From Tubiluchus corallicola (lineage: Eukaryota; Animalia; Priapulida): 64,000 nt of DNA. The stretch's first letter is position 1. The number at the start of each line of letters is the position of its first letter. Location: the NCBI GenBank assembly GCA_030141605.1, contig JAQGDQ010000227.1, positions 124,001 through 188,000 of the forward strand, written 5' to 3'. The translations under genes and the position numbers were made by a program. The notes below the pieces were generated by a model, which did no database searches, had not been told where the DNA came from, and was given only the letters and a program-made list of their open reading frames with translations. Shown here in pieces: positions 41,986-52,116 of this stretch.

Positions 41986-43550
41986 ACTCGATAGTAACAA
42001 CAGTCAGAGTTATGCTAGGTTTTTATTATTATTATTGTTATATATTATAGTTATTGACACTAAATCTGATGTTAAATTATTTCTTTATGCTGGTAAAAAT
42101 TATGAAACTTACTATGTTTTGAAATGTTTGAACTGTTTACTACTTAATTTTGCCTCTCTTGATAAAGCGTGTAGGCGTTCATAATCCCGGCAAGCACTTG
42201 CCAATAGTAGAAAATCTTATTTTTCCCAGTGTCAGACTTTCGAATACACGTGATCGTATCCTAAGTTGACTGCTGCTTCTACTGCTGTGTAGAACTCAAC
42301 AAGTTGTTTCTGTCTTTTGCACTGGGATGTCACACAGGTAGGTAGATTGGAGAGAAAATATGGCTAGACAGCCTCCGCCTAGCACAACTCTAACGCCAAT
42401 AAGATTTTTCTTTAATATTTTCAACGAATAAATTTACTGTCAAGCGGCCGGCTAGAGTGATTCCTCCATCCCTCCCTGACCCCCATTATTGCAAAAGTGT
42501 GTTTATAGTTTGTTAAAATATTATGAATAATAGCCGGGCCATTGAAAGTTTTTGCCGTTGACTGGATTTGCAGGGTGAACTTTAGTATTTATTGCTCGCT
42601 ATTTACAGACTTTTTAAATTATTTATTGCTACATTCTTACCGTATCGTAACCGGGTAATTACAAGACTGTGTGCTCGTCTTGCCCTGCTCTCTCTCTCTC
42701 TCTGTCTCTAAACGGCTTTACAACTGTGAATAACAACGTCAAAAAGCAGAGGAAGTGCCCGTGCTGCACAGATAGTGAACTTAATATTGTAGTTTTTGTA
42801 GTTAAGATGTGATTACGGCTCGTGAAATTGTAAATATCGATAAATGCATGTGCGCTCGCAGAACTGGATGTATTTGTCAAAAGTACTTTTATGCAAATTA
42901 TCGGGAATTTTCCAAAATTTGGGACTGCTAGTGGTGGCACCCTAGCGCAGGAAACTTAGTTAAAGTATGTCTTGTTTATTTCCCTTTGTTTTTTTAATTA
43001 TTGATTTTTTTATCAGGCAAAAGACGTTGTTGGTTTAAACGTTTTATGTCTGTTCGCTTTGAGTTAAAATCTTGAATTAGCATTTAATTTTTTATGTTAT
43101 TATTTAGCTTATGTTTGATAACGTTATTCCCATTGCTTGATATTAGAAAATTTTACAGGTTTGAATTCTTGTCCTTGCTTAAGTTTGATAAGTTGGTTTT
43201 TTGTATACAGTTAACTTTCACAGTTAAAGTGTTATCAAGATTCTGAATTCATAACTTATCATGTATACAAGCATACAAATACGCCTTTATGTTAGGTAAT
43301 CGAAATTATTTGATCATGAACAATAGGTTTTTTTTATAAAACCTAATCTCACAGTTTGCAAAACGATATTAGCTTCCCAAACGCCCGTTGTATAAACTTG
43401 CCTAATCTGCGCTTTATAGCCTGGGCTGAATCCCCACATGCTCTACGCAAAGCTAGACTCAGAATTTTCGAGAGTTTGCGGTAGCTGTTACTATAGCTGT
43501 TTGTGGAGTAGGCAGCCGATAAGCTGAATGTTGTTCTGACCCTAAGGGTC

Positions 43551-43909
43551 GTTGCCATGGCGACCCTGAAGTAAAATTTAATCAGAGAAAAACCGTGAAA
43601 TATTTTCATTGGCTTATGGCGGCTTGAGGCTGGATTGAGGCGGGTTTAGCCATGGCCTAGCCTGCCTCTTGCTTATACACGAACGCGTACAGCCCGAGTC
43701 TTTGACAATGAATTTAATGCTTCGAAGAATTATGAAAATTTTCGATTGGGTTAAGCAGCCTGTCAAACCGGCATAGGATAGAGTTTAGATTAAGACTTTG
43801 ACACTAAATTTAATTCGAACGAAAATTCAGGAAAATGCGTTATTGGGTGCCGGCTCGATTTCTGACAATAAATATAATGCTTTAACAAATTATTCTAAAA
43901 TCCCATTGG
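43551..43909 (+). promoter_or_regulatory. Cluster of 4 TGACA...ATTGG composite elements preceded by an RFX X-box
   Basis: Copies start at 43567, 43703, 43799, 43863; GTTGCCATGGCGAC at 43551-43564. Confidence 0.7.
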
Positions 43910-44213
43910 TCGTGTGCTTGGTTATGTTTAAGGCTCTGTTTAGTCATTTCACGGATTTGTTTAGTTATGTGAAATCTGCGTGAGCGTTTGGTCGAGTTGC
44001 ACGTGTGTCTGTTTGTTCTTTCATACTGGCTCGATTATATTTCATGCTTTTTTTCATCGCTTTCTGTATTTCGTATTCGTGGATGTTCTGTTGGACTTTG
44101 CTCTGTCTATTTGTATTAACTTTTTCGTGATACAATTTGTTGACTCGATCTAATTATGTTTTTTTCATGCGTGGAAATTGTCCTTATCTATGACAATTGT
44201 TGGATAGTTGCAT

Positions 44214-44313
44214 ACTGATGATTTCTGCTTGCTCTATGATCATTACAAATCATTGCTACTTGGACTGATGATTTCTGCTTGCTCTATGATCATTACAAAT
44301 CATTGCTACTTGG
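44214..44313. repeat. 50-bp perfect tandem duplication
   Basis: ACTGATGATTTCTGCTTGCTCTATGATCATTACAAATCATTGCTACTTGG twice. Confidence 0.9.
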
Positions 44314-46327
44314 GATATATGCTTTAGCCATTAGCCGTGCGGTATTGCTTTGAAGTTTTGGCATACTACTTGCTGTTCCTTGGATATAATCATCTAGTTT
44401 AGACCTGGACCGCCATATATATATGAGTCTTTTTTGTGGTGGCTTCATCGTATCATATAGATTTCTGTCTCGTACTTATTGTAATGATGGCTTCACTGTC
44501 CCGTTTCTTTGTTCAGTTGCGTTTCTACGCCTTTGATTTCACACACACACAAGCTCTCAGCCGAATGATACTGGCTAAATTTGAATTCAATCAATATGGT
44601 AGCCGACCAAGTATCCAGGCGTCGGCATGACCCGTGAGGATTTATATATCTCATGACGAAATGCACGTATACAGAGCGCCGGGTTTACCCCCTTTTCCCC
44701 TGATTTCTCTATTGATTGTTTTTGCAGCCTTCCTGGTCAATGATTAAGCCAGATAGGATCTCTGTTCACTCAAGTAGCAAAATGCTATGATTTATTTATG
44801 TAATTTCAATCAATTGGCGGTATTTACTACTACACTTCTCTCCCAGGACGGCCTGCATATTGCATTTCAGTCTGACTGTGCTGATGATTTTTCTGCTGCT
44901 GTAATGTTTTACAATAGGGGGAGTCATCACGTTTCTGTCACGTGACAGAGGAAATACAAATAAGTCTGAGGAAAAAATTGAGCTCCATATTTGAAGTTCA
45001 TTTTCTCGTGTAAAAAACATTTGCCAAAGATAATTTTGCATCATTAACAGTACGTAATGTACATGCACATTGTTAAATGTTGCTCTTGACATTATAAACT
45101 AGTCCATGAAAAAACAGCAAAACAGCAGTTCACATTTATTGTACATGTTGTTGTGTTAAACGAAATAAACACATAAACAGGTCAACAATAAAGTGACATA
45201 GTAGTGCAATGTAATAATGCATAGAATAACGCAATAACACTCCGAGAATATAACATTTTCAAATTTTTTATTAAGTGTCACAAAAATATGATTTTGATGA
45301 TGACATCATATATGCCTGAATGTACAGGTACCAATTTCCTTTTCTAATTCCCATTAATTAACAGGTAAATATGTGAAGAATGTGTTGCTAATAACAAAAC
45401 AGCTGCCACTTTAATCAATACACATTAATTTTTAATTGGAAACTAATTGTCCATTAACAGCATAATTGTTTTAAATCAATTTTGCTGATTTTAGTTTTGC
45501 TTATTGATTAGGTGTTGAATTTTTAACACACCGGAGGACATAGTTCTATTCAAAGCAACAAGCTTGGCTCCTACAAAGGCAGTTTCGTCCCACGGAAAAT
45601 GGCCTCCTTCATGCTTGAAATTTCAATTCAAGTTATTAAATTCAGTTTCGATATATGAGATTAATAGCTCAGCATGAATTTGGCTACACCGTTTTCTTCG
45701 GATTAGGGTATAGTCGGTGGTTTTTCGATCAGGCCTGCTATCAAAGGGCGTGCTTTGTTGCGGAGGCCGCCATTTTGTGAACGTTTTCGATCGAAAGTGG
45801 GCTTCCAGCTCACTTTTACGTTGTTTGTTGTAGAAATTTGTTTAATTTTCATCTAATTTACGCATCATTTGACAAATCTCTTTTTAATTTATAGGAATGA
45901 ATGACTCTATCTAATTAGCATATTTATTCCATGTGAACAACTGATTGTTTTTCAAAATAATAATTGACAATAACATAAATGTAAGCATTTGTGTTGTGTT
46001 GACTATTAAATTGTGTTTTTTAAGAATTGCAATTAAATTTTTATTTATTTATTTTCTTCATTATTATATTATGTTGCGTAAAATGCTGTTTGTATGCCAC
46101 GTTCACTTTTATGATGGTTATTGCGAAACACTCGTATCACTAAACTTGTTCTTAATTCAGGATTAAGCTCTGGATTCATAGATATTTTGTATTGTTACTC
46201 TATTTTCAGAACGTAGTGGTCCCCACACCTTTCCATCAAGTGGTCACGACCATTTACTTACAACGTGTGACAGTTGTTAACGTGCATTCTTTATTCTGTT
46301 CACTTTGTGTCACATGAAAATGGCCAT

Positions 46328-46693
46328 TAGGGGTGAGCATCGAACTTACGAACCTAAAATTATAGATTTGAACAATTCAGCACTTCAGCCACATACATTC
46401 TTTATAATTAAAATGTTTGAAACGGCATGCAATTAGCACGATTTAACTGCAATTTCTGTGCAAATTTTTTAGCAAACTAATAGCAGTTTTACTGCAGAAC
46501 AAAATCAAGTAATATGTATGATCTCTGTAAGACCACTTTTTACTGTTGGTTCGAAAACTTGCTCGAAAATCTTTCAAACTCAATTCAAATTCGATTCAAA
46601 TTTGAAATACTGAAACTCGGTTCGATTCAAATGCGAAAGACATAAATTCGATTCGATATGAGTTCGCTTTCTGGAAGAGAATGCTCAGCCCTA
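46328..46693. mobile_element. hAT MITE
   Basis: TIR TAGGGGTGAGCAT / ATGCTCAGCCCTA; 8-bp TSD ATGGCCAT; TTCGA subterminal repeats. Confidence 0.88.
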
Positions 46694-48586
46694 ATGGCCA
46701 TGCGTGGTCACATGAAAATGTTTCACACAAGAATTGGAATTTCCAATACAGTTTAGCTTGTAAAGTTGTGCATTCAGTGCAATAAATGTCTAATTGCAAT
46801 CAGCATTTTTTGCAAAACAATGAAAGGGACCACTTATCTCTGTGTCGAGGTACTCCTCAGAAACATTGTAACCGATTAACTTCTGTGTCAGGCATGCCAC
46901 GTATTCATTTGCTATCTTCACGTGTTACTGTGTGATTATGCTCAGTTACAACGTATTAATTGCTGACTTTTGATACCCTACTGTGTGACTGCACTCAGTT
47001 ATAACATTTTACCGTTTCACTGTTTAGTATGCACGCATTAGAGTCTCTTGCAGTTCTCTGTCTCTCTTCCTCTCTAATGCACGTGTCATTTATGATTTAC
47101 TGGACTTAGTTGCAGCTTAACTCTACTGGTCTTGTTGCTGGCAGTTATGTAAATTGATTTATCTCTGCTATATAACTAACATTCAATTTAAGGCATATTG
47201 CTTTTTGCGCCAGTTAAAGGTGCTGGCTTTATTACCAGCATGATTGTGTACAAGCCGTTGTAACGACTCTCTTTACTCTCTGTGGCTGCTCGGACACCGG
47301 GAGGGGGCGCTGCCTCTGCGCGCACTCGGCACTGCATATTAATTTTTCGCTGTTAAGTTTTGTTTTCCGGGAATTTTATTTTCCTGCCAGCACGATTTTA
47401 TACAGGCCCTGGCGCCTAAATGGGCAAAGGAAGTTTGATTTTGATCTTAAATCATCTCCGCTTTAACCGTAAATCGCGAGTGATTTGGGCCGCGCAGCAG
47501 TCAGCATCAGCAGCCGGTTGCTTAGTGACCGCATCACTGATGCGCTGTCGTCAAGACGTATGCACGTTTATCTGATCATGATGGCGGTATGAATTTGGTT
47601 TGAGAAGGAAGATTTTTACATGACTGTTCCCGATGAATGCTTGTGTAATTAATTTAGCGCAGAACATCGACCAAATAATAAAGGAATTGTCTGTTACGAT
47701 TTTCACTGATTTCACTCTTTGTTGTATGAAAGAATTATGAATTATTAGACAGTGAATTCTAGAGTTTTAGTTGTTTTTCTACATTAATTGCTTTGTTGAC
47801 TCGTTTTCCATCTCCCCACTAGCATTTTTGCATAAAAGCTGTAGCAAATAAACTTTTCAATAAAAAATCAATTAATTTCCTTTTTCACTTACGTTTACTT
47901 ACTCACCGCCCCGATCAAGTCGTCTGGCACTTGTTCCAAGGGTTAATTTTTAAAATATAATCGATTTGAATACAGTTAGTTCCTGAAGAATGCAACAAGA
48001 TTCAGGTGCCACGGAAGCAGTCATAGACATACATAGACATAGACATAGAACATTTATTTTCTCCAGTTAGTTTAACATCAAAAGTTTTTTAAATATTACG
48101 TAATTATAATCATGGAGTCTTCTGAACTGATATGTGTATGTGTTTATGTATGTGTTTATGTGTGTGTGCCAGTAGAATTTAGTAGAAGCAAACTATGGAA
48201 ACGTGTTTGTTGCAACAAAAAACGTGGAAAAATGTTAACATTCCACAAATTCTGCACAATCTGCTTTTCTACGCTAAAACATTTTGCTTGTTGTCGTGTT
48301 GAAATCAGGCCAACGGCACATTAGCCTGGGTGATAAATACACTTAGAGTCGCGTTACATTATATTGGAGTAATAATTATGACAGGATACGTGTATGACTC
48401 ATAAGTCATAACTTAGGCATGGTTTTAAAATCAGCTCGATTGTTAAAATGGTGGCTGATCTTGTGTGGTTGTTGTTCGTCCATTGAAGCTTTTGTTTTTT
48501 TTTCGTCCACGTTTCGGCTCCGGTTGCGGTTCTGTGCTTACTAAAGCGTTTACTACGGGGCATTAGAGGAGTTGGCTTTAGCTGGC

Positions 48587-49136
48587 TGCCATAAAATTTA
48601 ATCAGCAGATAAATTCAAAAAATCGCTATTGGCAGTCCGTGACTCATGGGGTTGAACTTGTGCAAAATGATTAGGTAGCTACTGTATGACCTCACCCGCC
48701 GCCCCGTTTGACAGTAAATTTATTCCGAGTATAAAATTGCAAAAATCCGCTATTGGCGCTGCGAAGATGGGGTTGGGGCTTTGCATAGGCTGCCCTAGAT
48801 TAATTGTCTAAGCGTTTAGATGGGTAGGGGCCTGCAGCGCTTGTGACATTAAATATAATCAGCCGAAATATGAGAGAAATTTCCCATTGGCTGCGGCATG
48901 GTCTATTTACATATAATGCATGGCGTAGTGCGCCCGCTTGTGATAGAAGGCAGGCAGGCGTTTGTTTCAGTTTGACATTAAATTTAATCTTAGAAAATAG
49001 CGCTTAAATTTCTAATTGGTTAGCACCAAAGTAATTTTGGTTTTGCCACAATGCCTTGCCATTATTACTGAAGAATGAACCGGCCGAGTTTGACATTAAA
49101 TTTAATCTTGGTGAAAATTCAAAAAAATCCCATTGG
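48587..49136 (+). promoter_or_regulatory. Cluster of 5 TGACA...ATTGG composite elements
   Basis: Copies start at 48587, 48709, 48844, 48973, 49091, separated by unrelated GC-richer linkers. Confidence 0.7.
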
Positions 49137-50670
49137 TCTGTCGGTTAAAAGGGTAAGTTAAAATGGATGGCTGTCTAGTAGAATGTTGTTATTTACTGTT
49201 GTTGCACGATGTGCTGTGTGGTTTGATGAATTTGTGTTGTGTTTTGTTTTACAAGAGGATTATGTTCATAATTACTTGTGCATGAATAGTCTGCTTATGT
49301 TGATTAATGGATAGTGCGGCTGGCGACTGGTTTTTTTGCACTTTTGGATACCTTTACTGCTACTGCTGTTACTGCTGTTGCTATAGTTTAATGGAATACG
49401 GATATTTTGCGCAGTGCTCTTTTTGGATTTTGAATTTGAATTTGACAACAGTGCGATTAATTTTTTTGGTCGCAAACTTGTGGTAAGTATATAAAAGATG
49501 GGCGTTCGTCCATTTTGTGATCGTCTTTGTCGTTCTGTTGTTAGGCTTTGTTTAGCTGCTTTCCTATAACGTAATGTATCATCTTGACACGTATTAGCAA
49601 CATTTGTACACTAGGATTTAAGATTATTGTGAAGAAAAGGCAGCAAAGACCAAAATAATGTTCGTCTAGTCAAGTGGCTCAGAGGAAGCTTGGTACCGTT
49701 TAAATTATTATCTGTTATTTGTTCGTATACTTTCTATTATCTGTTGGTCTCTTGCAAGTAACTCTACTTCAGCAATTAAGGAATTCAGGGTTCATCAGTC
49801 CTAGAAAAATATTTCCGATTGATAGGTTAATGCCAGTCAGAATTACCAAAAAATGCTGAAATAACCAATATGCTGCTCTCGTGAGCTTTAATACTGATTT
49901 TTTTTTGATAAATAGGTGTGGTTGTGATCAGTAAAAATTTCCTCATACTTGCATGTGGTACATTAGGGACAATAGGCCGATGTACTCTTGTATGTCCAGA
50001 ATCTGAAATAAGCATTCATTTTCTTGTGAAAATCAATAGGGTCTCATAAAAAATCAATGATTTCATTATGTGCGTTAATGCATCTCCAAGATATCTACCG
50101 ATCACTTTTGCAAGAATTCAACGACAAGCGTTTCCTATTCCTTATGCAGTTTACATGTATGTTGCATAATTGTACTTCAGAACTTGTGGGACTATACATA
50201 ATACTATTGTGAATTTTTATATTGTATAGGCCTATGGTTACATAACCACGTCTTCTCTGGCTAATTACAAGGATGTATTTCCTCAGAAGTCTAGGTTGAG
50301 TTACTAAATGTTAAATTTGCATTAAACAGAATGAATCATATTCATAAATTTGTACAGTGTACATGGGCCTGCAAATAAAACCCAGATCAAAAATTGTATG
50401 TGGAATTGACGTTGTATATGTATGCGTAATAACAATGTGTACAGCAAAGGCTGTTGATACAAATATTGCGCATATTGCTGCTTTATAGTGGGCATATTAG
50501 TTGAGGTCTTGGTTCTGCAGACTTAATTTAATGGGTATACAGAGCTAGGTAAAGTGGAAGCAAACTTTTATAAAGATATAGAGGAGTTTGATGTTGTTTG
50601 TGTGTTGTAAACTAATTTGCCTATTGTCTGAAGAGAAGTTTGTTATCTTAAGGTTGTTTGGCACTGCATT

Positions 50671-52116
50671 GCGAAGGTCTTTGTATACTTAACTAAGTTG
50701 CATTGTTGAGGTCGCGAAGATCTTTGTATACTTAACTAAGTTGCATTGTTGAGGTCGCAAAGATCTTTGTATAGTTAACTAAGTTGCATTGTTGAGGTCA
50801 CGAAGGTCTTTGTATAGTTAACTAAGTTGCATTGTTGAGGTCGCGAAGGTCTTTGTATAGTTGACTAAGTTGCATTGTTGAGGTCGCGAAGGTCTTTGTA
50901 TAGTTGACTAAGTTGCATTGTTGAGGTCGCGAAGGTCTTTGTATAGTTAACTAAGTTGCATTGTTGAGGTCGCGAAGGTCTTTGTATAGTTGACTAAGTT
51001 GCATTGTTGAGGTTGCGAAGGTCTTTGTATAGTTAACTAAGTTGCATTGTTGAGGTTGCAAAGGCCTTTGTATAGTTAACTAAGTTGCTTTGTTGAGGCC
51101 GCGAAGGTCTTTGTATAGTTAACTAAGTTGCATTGTTGAGGTCGCGAAGGTCTTTGTATAGTTAACTAAGTTGCATTGTTGAGGTCGCGAAGATCTTTGT
51201 ATACTTAACTAAGTTGCATTGTTGAGGTCGCGAATATCTTTGTATACTTAACTAAATTGCATTGTTGAGGTCGCAAAGATCTTTGTATAGTTAACTAAGT
51301 TGCATTGTTGAGGTCACGAAGGTCTTTGTATAGTTAACTAAGTTGCATTGTTGAGGTCGCGAAGCTCTTTGTATAGTTGACTAAGTTGCATTGTTGAGGT
51401 CGCGAAGGTCTTTGTATAGTTGACTAAGTTGCATTGTTGAGGTCACGAAGGTCTTTGTATAGTTAACTAAGTTGCATTGTTGAGGTCGCGAAGGTCTTTG
51501 TATAGTTGACTAAGTTGCATTGTTGAGGTTGCGAAGGTCTTTGTATAGTTAACTAAGTTGCATTGTTGAGGTTGCAAAGGCCTTTGTATAGTTAACTAAG
51601 TTGCTTTGTTGAGGCCGCGAAGGTCTTTGTATAGTTAACTAAGTTGCATTGTTGAGGTCGCGAAGGTCTTTGTATAGTTAACTAAGTTGCATTGTTGAGG
51701 TCGTGAAGGTCTTTGTATAGTTAACTAAGTTGCATTGTTGAGGTTGCAAGGCCTTTGTATAGTTAACTAAGTTGCATTGTTGAGGTTGCAAAGGCCTTTG
51801 TATAGTTAACTAAGTTGCATTGTTGAGGTCGCGAAGGTCTTTGTATAGTTTACTAAGTTGCATTGTTGAGGTTGCAAAGGTCTTTGTATAGTTTACTAAG
51901 TTGCATTGTTGAGGTCGTGAATGTCTTTGTATAGTTAACTAAGTTGCATTGTTGAGGCCGCGAAGGTCTTTGTATAGTTAACTAAGTTGCATTGTTGAGG
52001 TTGCAAGGCCTTTGTATAGTTAACTAAGTTGCATTGTTGAGGTTGCAAGGCCTTTGTATAGTTAACTAAGTTGCATTGTTGAGGTCGCGAATGTCTTTGT
52101 ATAGTTAACTAAGTTG
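50671..52116. repeat. 43-bp minisatellite, about 33-34 copies
   Basis: Unit GCGAAGGTCTTTGTATAGTTAACTAAGTTGCATTGTTGAGGTC with point variants and no unique spacers. Confidence 0.97.

Noticed and set aside
41353-42184. Long poly-Ile/Thr and poly-Met/Val ORFs
   Set aside because: Translations of a trinucleotide microsatellite
42201-42234. CCAAT...TGTCA pair near the inverted element
   Set aside because: Spacing is 29 bp and the TAAATTTAAT core is absent
44216-44268. Box C (TGATGA) and box D (CTGA) snoRNA-like arrangement
   Set aside because: Both boxes arise from the 50-bp tandem duplication; too short and no terminal stem
50671-52116. CRISPR-like array
   Set aside because: Head-to-tail repeats with no unique spacers, eukaryotic context, no cas genes
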